A program made the translations under genes and the position numbers. The notes under the pieces were generated by a model. The model saw only the letters and a list, made by a program, of their open reading frames with translations, was not told where the DNA came from and searched no databases. This document shows, one piece after another, positions 1 through 9,361 of a DNA stretch of 64,000 nt. Each line of letters begins with the position of its first letter. Position 1 is the first letter of the stretch. The DNA is from Piromyces finnis finn (taxonomy: Eukaryota; Fungi; Neocallimastigomycota), in NCBI GenBank assembly GCA_002104945.1, contig MCFH01000060.1, positions 124,001 to 188,000 of the forward strand. The letters run 5' to 3'.

Positions 1-598
1 ATCCATAGTTTTGGGTTAACATGTTTATGTTAGCAGTATTAGCATTATTATTAGTGTTAATATAACTATTATTCATTGTTTTCTTCTCGGCCTTTTCAGC
101 TCTTTCAGCCACTTTAAAAGCTTCTGTTAATGTTTCACATTCTGAAATAATAACCTGAGAGTGTGGATATACTCTCGTTTTAATAGCATTTAAATAATCT
201 TCTACAGATATCAACCTCATATAATCATGATCTAAATGATGGTATAATTTTAAATATCTATAGTTGAAATTTTTTATTGTTTCATTATCCCTAATTTTCA
301 GAAGTTTTAGGTTAGAACATTTTTCATTAGGAGTTATCTCTAAGTACTCTTCTATGGCTACTTGGATTTCTTTGAATTTTGGGTAATGCATTTCGTTGTT
401 TCTCCTTTTTACTAAAGAATTTAATACTTCTTTAATATCACAGTCAACAGCCTCCTTAGCCCATATAAAAATTCTTCTAGGCTCAGTTATGTCATAGATT
501 TCCATTATCCGAGAAAATTCTTCCATCCAACTATCCACATCCTTTCCATATTCATTTAACTGTGGGATAGCCCTTTGTAATTTTGATGCATCCATCAT
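1..598 (-). CDS. gag: Gag of Ty3/gypsy element 0, N-terminal part running off the window start (absent from the ORF track)
   Basis: Manual translation from ATG at 598 gives MMDASKLQRAIPQLNEYGKDVDSWMEEF...IRDNETIKNFNYRYLKLY...SVEDYLNAI...TLTEAFKVAE, open to position 1. It aligns with the Gag at 6185-7105 (KKNEKVKDFNIRYRSLY...DVEDYLDSI...TLAEAYKLAE). Confidence 0.8.
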   Translation of the reverse strand, partial: MMDASKLQRAIPQLNEYGKDVDSWMEEFSRIMEIYDITEPRRIFIWAKEAVDCDIKEVLNSLVKRRNNEMHYPKFKEIQVAIEEYLEITPNEKCSNLKLLKIRDNETIKNFNYRYLKLYHHLDHDYMRLISVEDYLNAIKTRVYPHSQVIISECETLTEAFKVAERAEKAEKKTMNNSYINTNNNANTANINMLTQNYG

Positions 599-743
599 TT
601 TTTTTTTTTATTTATTTATTATTTATATATTTATATTTCCTTTTTTTTTTTTTTTTTTTTTTTTTTATATATATATATATATAAGTTCTTCTAAATATTA
701 TTATTATCTTTTATTGTTTTTCATATTATTTTGTTTTGCTCGT

Positions 744-758
744 CCGGATTCTCCACCA
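744..758 (-). other. Primer-binding site of element 0, complementary to a tRNA-Ala-type 3' end
   Basis: Minus strand reads TGGTGGAGAATCCGG. The complement ends ATTCTCC-A-CCA, which has U70 and discriminator A73, consistent with the G3:U70 alanine identity element. Confidence 0.7.
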
Positions 759-766
759 AAAATTTA

Positions 767-1329
767 TGGTACGTATTATTTAATAATACCATAAATTTAA
801 TTATTTATTTTATTTCCAGGAGTCGAACAAAAGGGATTTATACAAAATAATATATTCTAATAAAAGAATAAAAAAAATGATTATTTGTATATTTATTTAT
901 ATTATAACTAATAATTATTTTTTAGTGTTATTAATTATTTTGCTTTTACTTTTATTATTTTTAACAATTTATACACAAAGTATTTGAATATAAGAAAAAA
1001 AAAGGATTAAACATAAAAAAAAATCTTATTTGTAACTTTCTCTTTTATTTTATTAATAAAAATAATTTTAAGTACATTTATATATTTAATATAAAAAAAT
1101 ATTTTTAGTTAAAACAGATATAAAAATTCTCAATAATTAATTATATTTATCAAAGAACTCTCTTTTCTTAATAAAAGTGAATTTTTGTTATTTTTATATA
1201 AAATTTTTATAATATTTTATTGGTTATTCAATAATAGATTAAATTATTATTTTTCTTAAATAATTGCTAACCCTTAAAAATAACTATATAAATTTAATAT
1301 TTTTAACTATATAATTTTATCACGTATCA
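767..1329 (-). repeat. Putative 5' LTR of element 0
   Basis: Bounded by TGGTACGT...ACGTATCA (terminal inverted repeat, 7/8), lies 8 nt from the PBS, and is followed by ACAA, the same 4-mer duplicated by element 1. The partner LTR is outside the window. Confidence 0.6.
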
Positions 1330-1333
1330 ACAA

Positions 1334-2191
1334 TGCTACGGTTCAAATAAGATATCACAAAACACTTGAATAGTTATAAAAATAAAAATTTATTTAATTT
1401 TAATTTTTATTCATTTAATTTATTTTTGATTTTTCAATTTTTAGAATTTTTCTCAAAAATCCTCGTACTTTTTCCAACTATCCATTATTTGAAATTTAAT
1501 GGTTTTGGATAGCTAAGGATTTAAATTGATTTCATTCATAATATATGGATCATTCACTGTAACATATATTAATTAAATCCTTAATATATATTATGAATAA
1601 TCTCTTAATATTTGAATAGAAAAATTTTTAATTTATAATTAATAAAATTTTAATTTATGATATGTGTAACATTTTTGCATATCATATATTATATATTTAA
1701 TTATGACATATAATAAAATTATATTATTCAATTAATTATGCCCTTTTTTAGACATAAATAATAATTTTTCTGTCGAGGTATCTTCTGTTTTGTGTGTAAC
1801 AGTTGCCTCTTTTAGTAAAAATTATAATTAAATTCTATGTCATAATTTCAAATTATAAAATATTATACAATAAAGTTAATTAATAAAATAAACCTTAAAT
1901 AATAATAAAATACCTATAACTATTTTAATAATAAAATTTTGTAAAATTTATAAGTATAAAATATTATAAGTAATTATACTAATACTAATAATAAAGGTCT
2001 TAAATAACTATATACAAATAATATAACTATATAATAAAAATATTAATAATTACTAGAAAAATGTATAAAAATTATATATTATAATTTTTATATTTTAAAA
2101 ATAGAGTTAAACACTAGTAAGGAATATAAATAGTTGAAGGTTAATTCCTAAAATTCTAGCTAATTCAACTATTTATGTTCATTCCTTAACA
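1334..2191 (-). repeat. 3' LTR of element 1
   Basis: TGCTACGGTTC...CCTTAACA, direct repeat of 7510-8367. Confidence 0.95.
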
Positions 2192-2215
2192 GAATGCCCT
2201 TCGTTAAAACTCAAG

Positions 2216-2527
2216 CTACTCCGTTGCTGAGTTATATTTAACGACATTTTTGAAATGTACATTTCTGTTCATTAGTACTCCAGTTTCTGGGTCTGCTAAG
2301 ACTACTGTATTGAACTGTTTCTGGACCACTTTGAGAGGTCCTACAAAGTAAGGTTCCAATTTTGTTCTACTGAAGTTTCTTACCAAAACTAGGTCACCTA
2401 CTTTTATTTTCTTAGCTTGGTTCATACTTAATTTTTCTTCTCTTCTCATAGACCAATATTTATTAGCCGTCTTTACATTTTCAGCAGCTTCTAGGGTCCA
2501 TCGGTAGTGATTTATAAACTTTTCCAA
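2216..2527 (-). pseudogene. Integrase C-terminal (GPY/F-like) segment of element 1, separated from pol by a 1-nt frameshift near 2570
   Basis: KVGDLVLVRN...PYFVGPLKV motif. Removing one C near 2570 restores a continuous frame (DIAVRPTKDQNKSSDEILLEKFINHY). Confidence 0.85.
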
Positions 2528-2558
2528 AAGAATTTCATCGGAACTCTTGTTTTGATCT

Positions 2559-5500
2559 TTAGTGGGTCGGGACAGCTATATCAAAAGGTTGTTGGTCTTC
2601 CCTACCATAAACTAGCTCAAAACTTGAATGTTTCGTAGCCGTATTCTTTGTAGTTCTTAAGGCCCAAAGCGCGGAAGGTAGAACTTCATCCCAGTCTTTA
2701 TTTTCTTTCCCTAAAAGTCTTAAAAGTTTCCCAATTTCCTTATTTCGGTTTTCTGTTAATCCATTACTTTCAGGGTGGTAGGGAACTGTGAACTTCACAT
2801 ATACGTCATATAGGTCTAGAAATATCTTTGTCATATCTGAGGTAAATTGAGTTCCATTATCTGTAGTAATAACTTGTGGTACCCCATGTCTTGCAAACAC
2901 ATTTATTAAAAACTTTATCACGTCCAGAGAAGTAACAGTTTCCACCGCTTCGGCTTCTACCCATTTAGTAAAATAGTCAACTATGACTATTATATATTGT
3001 TTACTATTTCTTGTCTTAGGTAATGGCCCAATAATATCCAAACCTAGATGTACAAATGGTCCTTCCACTTTAGTAGCTTTGTCCTCAGTTGGTTCTGGAT
3101 AAGGTTGTGGTCTATTTACTTGACACTTCTCACACTTGCTAATAATTCTTTTAATATCCGCTATCATATCATTCCAATAATAATTTTTCTTTAACCTTTG
3201 ATAAGTCTTATAATAACCTTCATGACCTACGTTATGTGCTTGAAATATTAACTTTACTTTTTCTTCTACAGTAGATATTAGCCGACGTAAGTTATTACCA
3301 TCTACGAAATAGTCCTTCCCATCTATGGTAGTAAATTTTTCAGCTATAAACTCCTTAATAACTTTGGTTAATAACTCTTCATTATTAGTTTTATTAATTT
3401 TTGTTACCAGTATCTTTTTCTCCTCTTTATTCTTCATTCTTGATAATGCATCAGCTATAACATTATTCTTTCCTTTATCATATTGAATATCAATATCCAA
3501 CTGACTTACTGTAAGACACCATCTGTTGTGACGTGCACTATTTGGTTCCTTATTTTTAAATAAACCCAAAAGTGGTTTATGGTCCGTATAAACCATAGTA
3601 GTGTACGGGTTTCCTAAAATATAAGGTTTTAACTTACTCACGCAAAAGAATAACGCAGCACCTTCTAACTCTGTTATTCCATAGTTCTTCTCCGCTTTAC
3701 TAAGACTTCGACTAATATAATGTACAGGGTGTTCTATTTTGTTAGTTTCATCTTCTTGTAATAAAACACCACCCACTCCTTCATACGACGCGTCCGTACG
3801 TATGATAAAAGGCTTATCAAATTCAGGAAACTTTAAAATGGGAGCGTTTATCAGTTTTTCTTTTAATACTTTAAATGCTTTTTCATGTTTTTCTTCCCAT
3901 TTATATCGTACATTTTTCTTTAATAACTCACATAAGGGCGCGGTTACTTGAGAATAATTAGGAATAAAATTTCGATAATATCCTACTGCACCCAAAAACG
4001 AACGTAACTCATGAATATTTCCTGGAGCTTCCCACTTCCTTATGGCTTCTATTTTACTTTCCAAAGGACTCAAACCTTTAGTAGATAACCTGTGACCTAA
4101 TACATTTACTTCTTCCTTCATAAAACTACATTTCTCAAGATTTATTTTTAATTCATTTTCTTTCAATATTTCAAATACTCTCTTAATATGTTCCATGTGT
4201 TCTTCCACACTCTTGGAATATATGAGTACATCATCAATAAAATTATATACACAATTTCCTATTAAAGGAAATAATATCTTATTCATTTCCCTCTGAAAAG
4301 TTGCTGGTGCATTAGTTAACCCAAACGGCATGACCTTAAACTGATAGTTACCAAACTTGGTAGTAAAACTAGTAACCTCAGTGCTTTCCTCATGCATAGA
4401 AATTTGATGATAACCTGAATATAAGTCCATAGTAGTGAATATTTTGGCTCCGTTCAGACTATCAAATATTTCATCAATATAGGGGAGTGAATAAGAGTCC
4501 TTTTCCGTGAGGTCGTTCACTCTCCTATAGTCCACACACATTCTCCACTTACCATTATGTTTTGGAACCAGAACTACAGGGGAGGACCATTCTGAATAGG
4601 ACGGCTCTATTAACTTTTTTTCTATTAGCTTAGTTAACTCTTCTTTTAGTATATCTGATTTAAATTTAGTTAACCTATAAGCTCTTTGTTTAACTGGTTT
4701 TACACCAGCCTTTAGATTTATTTTATGTGGTGATAATTTAGAAGGCGTTAATTCCTCAGAAGACGTCGCAATAATCTCTAAGTTTTCTTCCAAAAGTCGG
4801 AGTATTTCTTTCCGTTTATCTTTTGGTAAGGTGTTCAAGAATATCTCATTGTGTATATACTCCTGAGGTGGTAAACCTTCAATAGACTTCAAGCTTTTAG
4901 TATCTCCATCTGGTATCTTCTTAATAGTACATACCAATTTTCCTTCATTATAATATTGGTTATTGATAGGTACTATTTCTTCTACTACACCTCTTTCTTT
5001 CACTTGACATAAGCTCTTGGTTACTGGATTTATATATAATAAATTATCTACTTGAGTTTTATAATTTATTAACATATCATAGAACGGTTCTTCTTTTTCA
5101 AGTATTCTGAAGTCAACCACTAGTTCTACCTCTCCTATTCTAACTGGTATACGCACCACAGTACCCTCAGAGTATTCTTCATCAGTAGTAGCTAGTCGAA
5201 TACGTCCTTTGCTTATTCCTACCACTTCATATTCCTTTGGTAGTCTTTTGTAAAAAGAAGATGTAATAACATTTAAGTTACTACACGTATCCACCAGTAG
5301 TTTTCCTGGTATCCCATCCACAGTCGCATCCACCATTGCTATATCCTCTTCTGAAGCTTCATTATTCTTACTTATATAGTCATGGTTGATATTATTTAAT
5401 AAGGTTGTAGTAGCTACTATGTTATTTAATGCACCTGATACCTTGCTTTGTACTTTCTCTAACTTTAGTCCTTGGGAAAGTTGTGTTCTTATTTTTGGGC

Positions 5501-6194
5501 ATACATTAAATAACTGTCCATAAGTAATATCACATTTAGCTGTGTTTAAATCTTCAAAAATATCATAATCACTGGTATCACCTCTCATTTGGATATTACG
5601 TGTGACTTTCTCCTCTTTAGTTTTATCTTTTTCTTTATCTTTAGTCATTTTCAATAACGTCGGTAGAATATCTGTATTTTTCTTTTTAGCTTTTTCTACT
5701 TCTACTTTATCTTCCGTATCAATACTGACCTCCATATCTTCGTTTTCTTCTCTTTCGTCTTTATTTATGGGGGTTGGTGGTTTACTTCTTTGTTTTTCTC
5801 TGAGTCTTTTACTTTTCTCTTTTTCCTTGTTAATATTAGGTTGACTCAGAACAGACGTGTCAAGTTGGTTCTTGGGTTGTGATGGTGAACCTGATTCTAA
5901 ACTCTCATTACTGAGTTCACGTTCTTGTTGCTTCCTAGTAGCAGGGGTAACTATTGGTCTTGGGTCTTCTTTTAATGATTTTTGTACTCTTTTCTTGGAA
6001 GAGTCTTCTTCATCATTAGCTTTTCTTTTAGCTGCAGCAATAATTTTATCTTCAATAGAAGATATTTCTTCATTATCTGATAAGTCAGAATACTCAGAAT
6101 ATTCAGAGTACTCATTATTATCAACTGAACTGTTATTAAGTGAAGCTATTTTTGGATTACTGGGAGTGCTTCTTCTCCCACTATCTAATTTAAA
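2559..6194 (-). CDS. pol: Pol (protease, RT, RNase H, integrase) of element 1, expressed as Gag-Pol by -1 frameshift
   Basis: Motifs LVDTCS (protease), FIDD (RT), TDAS (RNase H), H-H-C-C and TDNG (integrase). The frame is open upstream of the annotated ATG (5735) back to the slippery site at 6188-6194 and is in the -1 frame relative to gag. Confidence 0.92.
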   Translation of the reverse strand, partial: FKLDSGRRSTPSNPKIASLNNSSVDNNEYSEYSEYSDLSDNEEISSIEDKIIAAAKRKANDEEDSSKKRVQKSLKEDPRPIVTPATRKQQERELSNESLESGSPSQPKNQLDTSVLSQPNINKEKEKSKRLREKQRSKPPTPINKDEREENEDMEVSIDTEDKVEVEKAKKKNTDILPTLLKMTKDKEKDKTKEEKVTRNIQMRGDTSDYDIFEDLNTAKCDITYGQLFNVCPKIRTQLSQGLKLEKVQSKVSGALNNIVATTTLLNNINHDYISKNNEASEEDIAMVDATVDGIPGKLLVDTCSNLNVITSSFYKRLPKEYEVVGISKGRIRLATTDEEYSEGTVVRIPVRIGEVELVVDFRILEKEEPFYDMLINYKTQVDNLLYINPVTKSLCQVKERGVVEEIVPINNQYYNEGKLVCTIKKIPDGDTKSLKSIEGLPPQEYIHNEIFLNTLPKDKRKEILRLLEENLEIIATSSEELTPSKLSPHKINLKAGVKPVKQRAYRLTKFKSDILKEELTKLIEKKLIEPSYSEWSSPVVLVPKHNGKWRMCVDYRRVNDLTEKDSYSLPYIDEIFDSLNGAKIFTTMDLYSGYHQISMHEESTEVTSFTTKFGNYQFKVMPFGLTNAPATFQREMNKILFPLIGNCVYNFIDDVLIYSKSVEEHMEHIKRVFEILKENELKINLEKCSFMKEEVNVLGHRLSTKGLSPLESKIEAIRKWEAPGNIHELRSFLGAVGYYRNFIPNYSQVTAPLCELLKKNVRYKWEEKHEKAFKVLKEKLINAPILKFPEFDKPFIIRTDASYEGVGGVLLQEDETNKIEHPVHYISRSLSKAEKNYGITELEGAALFFCVSKLKPYILGNPYTTMVYTDHKPLLGLFKNKEPNSARHNRWCLTVSQLDIDIQYDKGKNNVIADALSRMKNKEEKKILVTKINKTNNEELLTKVIKEFIAEKFTTIDGKDYFVDGNNLRRLISTVEEKVKLIFQAHNVGHEGYYKTYQRLKKNYYWNDMIADIKRIISKCEKCQVNRPQPYPEPTEDKATKVEGPFVHLGLDIIGPLPKTRNSKQYIIVIVDYFTKWVEAEAVETVTSLDVIKFLINVFARHGVPQVITTDNGTQFTSDMTKIFLDLYDVYVKFTVPYHPESNGLTENRNKEIGKLLRLLGKENKDWDEVLPSALWALRTTKNTATKHSSFELVYGREDQQPFDIAVPTH

Positions 6195-7105
6195 TGACCT
6201 TTTCTGGCCTTTTGTTTGTTTTCTTCTACTATGGCACTCAGTTTAGGACAATGATATTGAAAGTGTCCCTTCTCGTTGCAAAAGTAGCAAGTTTTGATAG
6301 TTAAGTTTCTCATTTTCTCCGTCAACTCATTCATAGGATCTTTCTTATCATTACCATAATTCGCTATTGTTGGCTTCTTGTTCCTTTCATAGCTATCTTC
6401 TTTTCTTTCATATTTATTTTTATATCTTTTATCAGAGTTAGAAGAGGTGGATACATCATAATTGTTAGCTTTATGACGATTTCTTAAATTTAGTCTGTCC
6501 CCATCTTCGGCAAGCTTGTAGGCTTCTGCTAAGGTAACTTCTTTTTCCCTACGCACATTTTCCCAGGCTTTATAGTTAGGCTCAATGGAATCTAAGTAAT
6601 CTTCAACATCTACTTTCCTTCTACGCTTCTTGTCTAGTTTGACATACAAGGAACGGTACCTTATGTTGAAGTCTTTTACTTTTTCATTCTTTTTGATTCG
6701 CATATCCCTAAGATCCTTGAGAAGTTCTATTTGATCTTCCTTTACTCCATAAAATTCTTCTAACATAGTGACTATCTTTTTAAGGGAAGGGTAGTGAGCT
6801 CTTCTCTTTCCTCTACCTTCATCTTCTTCATCACTATCTTCACTGTCTTCATCACTTTCGAAGTCCTTATTAGGATTCAACTCTTGAATAAGTTCATTTG
6901 GTGTTCCTGTAGTAGTAAACAAACAAGCTAGAAACACCATTTTTGGACTTTTAACATCTTGAAGCATAGTCCAATACTTTAATTGACTATACCAAGTCTT
7001 AATGTCCAAATTATCTTCGGTTAATCTAGTGACATGCTTTAATTCCTTCATTAATTTAGCAAAGTCAATAGATTTATCAGCTCCCGTACTCATTTTTATA
7101 TACAA
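6185..7105 (-). CDS. gag: Gag with CCHC zinc knuckle (element 1)
   Basis: CYFCNEKGHFQYHC knuckle, located between the PBS and pol. Confidence 0.92.
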   Translation of the reverse strand: MYIKMSTGADKSIDFAKLMKELKHVTRLTEDNLDIKTWYSQLKYWTMLQDVKSPKMVFLACLFTTTGTPNELIQELNPNKDFESDEDSEDSDEEDEGRGKRRAHYPSLKKIVTMLEEFYGVKEDQIELLKDLRDMRIKKNEKVKDFNIRYRSLYVKLDKKRRRKVDVEDYLDSIEPNYKAWENVRREKEVTLAEAYKLAEDGDRLNLRNRHKANNYDVSTSSNSDKRYKNKYERKEDSYERNKKPTIANYGNDKKDPMNELTEKMRNLTIKTCYFCNEKGHFQYHCPKLSAIVEENKQKARKGHLN

Positions 7106-7485
7106 GTTTTAAATAAAGATAAAAATACAATTTTACAATAATATTAAAGAATGAAACAAGTTTAAAAAAAAATAATTTTCTTTTATAAGAATTTAAAAGA
7201 ATGAATTACAACAATATTTGAAATATATTTAATTAACAACACTAATAATTATTCTCTTTAGTTAAACTAGTAATACCAATATAAAATACTTCCTTAACTG
7301 CACCAATTAACAATATTAATTTCTCTCTATTAACTATTTTAATTTGTGCCTTGAAGTATATAACTTTTTATTATACTAGTATAACCCTCTTTTGAATTAT
7401 TAACTATTTTAATTAAATAATAATACAAAAACAAATATAAAAGTAACTATAAAAATGTAGTGTGATATCAATATGTTATTATTAT

Positions 7486-7502
7486 CCCCGATATCTCCAC
7501 CA
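7486..7502 (-). other. PBS of element 1, complementary to a tRNA-Ala-type 3' end
   Basis: Minus strand TGGTGGAGATATCGGGG, 7 nt inside the 5' LTR. The complement ends TATCTCC-A-CCA (U70, A73). Confidence 0.75.
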
Positions 7503-7509
7503 TTAATTA

Positions 7510-8367
7510 TGCTACGGTTCAAATAAGATATCACAAAACACTTGAATAGTTATAAAAATAAAAATTTATTTAATTTTAATTTTTATTCATTTAATTTATT
7601 TTTGATTTTTCAATTTTTAGAATTTTTCTCAAAAATCCTCGTACTTTTTCCAACTATCCATTATTTGAAATTTAATGGTTTTGGATAGCTAAGGATTTAA
7701 ATTGATTTCATTCATAATATATGGATCATTCACTGTAACATATATTAATTAAATCCTTAATATATATTATGAATAATCTCTTAATATTTGAATAGAAAAA
7801 TTTTTAATTTATAATTAATAAAATTTTAATTTATGATATGTGTAACATTTTTGCATATCATATATTATATATTTAATTATGACATATAATAAAATTATAT
7901 TATTCAATTAATTATGCCCTTTTTTAGACATAAATAATAATTTTTCTGTCGAGGTATCTTCTGTTTTGTGTGTAACAGTTGCCTCTTTTAGTAAAAATTA
8001 TAATTAAATTCTATGTCATAATTTCAAATTATAAAATATTATACAATAAAGTTAATTAATAAAATAAACCTTAAATAATAATAAAATACCTATAACTATT
8101 TTAATAATAAAATTTTGTAAAATTTATAAGTATAAAATATTATAAGTAATTATACTAATACTAATAATAAAGGTCTTAAATAACTATATACAAATAATAT
8201 AACTATATAATAAAAATATTAATAATTACTAGAAAAATGTATAAAAATTATATATTATAATTTTTATATTTTAAAAATAGAGTTAAACACTAGTAAGGAA
8301 TATAAATAGTTGAAGGTTAATTCCTAAAATTCTAGCTAATTCAACTATTTATGTTCATTCCTTAACA
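7510..8367 (-). repeat. 5' LTR of element 1
   Basis: Direct repeat of 1334-2191, adjacent to the PBS. Confidence 0.95.
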
Positions 8368-8381
8368 ACAAATCGAAAGTG

Positions 8382-8455
8382 GCTTGCGTAGCCTAATTGG
8401 ATAGGGCGTCAGACTTCTAATCTGAAGATTGCGGGTTCGAGTCCCGCCGTGAGTG
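8382..8455 (+). tRNA. tRNA-Arg(UCU), copy 1
   Basis: Cloverleaf: acceptor GCTTGCG/CGTGAGT-G, anticodon arm TCAGA-CTTCTAA-TCTGA, T arm with GGTTCGAGTCC B box, T5 terminator at 8461-8465. Closely resembles yeast tRNA-Arg(UCU). Confidence 0.95.
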
Positions 8456-9361
8456 TTTAATTTTTAAACATCATTTAATTTTTGTTAAAAATAAATTTAA
8501 AATACCTACATATTACTTCTTTTAAAATTTAATACTATGTCCTTAAATTTTATATACTTTTTTAAATATGGTTTATAAACAAAATCTTATAATAACTTCT
8601 TATATATTATTATTTTATAATAGTTTATATGTATATATTTGTATATATATTATAGTTTTATAGTAGAAAGTCACAATAACATATATGGAAAAAATTTATT
8701 TTTTAAATTTTTATTAAAAAATTTCAAAGTATAAAATTTCTAATCTTTGAAATTATTAAATTTTTTTTAAAATTTTATTATTAAAAATTTTATTTTAAAT
8801 TTATTAACTCTTTACAATAATTATATTAATTATTAGTTTATAAAAATTAAATATTTTATAATTAAACAATAATTAATTAAAATTAAAAAATGTAATAATT
8901 AAAATTGTTCATGTATAAAAAGAACAAAAATTGACAAAAATTACGAAGCTTTAGCGTTAGTAATTTTTTAACTTAAAGTTAATAAAATTTATAAACTCCT
9001 ATAAAACCTAAAACTTTAAAAATTTTAATATTTTTAATAATTTAATATATGCTGATATTAAGTTATTGCTAAAATAAAAATATTATTTAATTTTCTTTAT
9101 ATAAATATTATTAACTTTACGCCTTCAATAGGAAAGCGTATTATATTTGTTATTTAATATAACTAGTGTGCTTACTACACTTTTCTTTAATAAAAAATCG
9201 CTTTTTGACAAACGACACTCGTTCAAATATACCTTAATTCTAAATAAGCTTAGAAAGTGGTATATTTGTGTGTAATTGAATGATTTATTTTTACTTGCTC
9301 ATTCTACAAGTTTATATAATTATTAAATATAATTTAAAGTTTTAAAAACACATCTTGTTTT

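Larger units (their letters stand above)
1334..8367 (-). mobile_element. Full-length Ty3/gypsy LTR retrotransposon without chromodomain (element 1, LTR family A)
   Basis: Two 858-bp TG...CA LTRs (1334-2191, 7510-8367) with no difference seen by eye, 4-bp TSD ACAA (1330-1333, 8368-8371), PBS, gag, PR-RT-RH-IN order, and a purine tract GAAGGG next to the 3' LTR. Confidence 0.97.

Noticed and set aside
2527-2575. Programmed frameshift separating the integrase C-terminus in elements 1 and 3
   Set aside because: The breaks are about 18 codons apart in the two elements and have no shared slippery motif; independent mutations or sequencing errors are more likely.
5602-6246. Plus-strand ORFs 5602-5844 and 5857-6246, and likewise 25677-26111
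   Set aside because: Antisense shadows of the open pol frame upstream of the annotated ATG.
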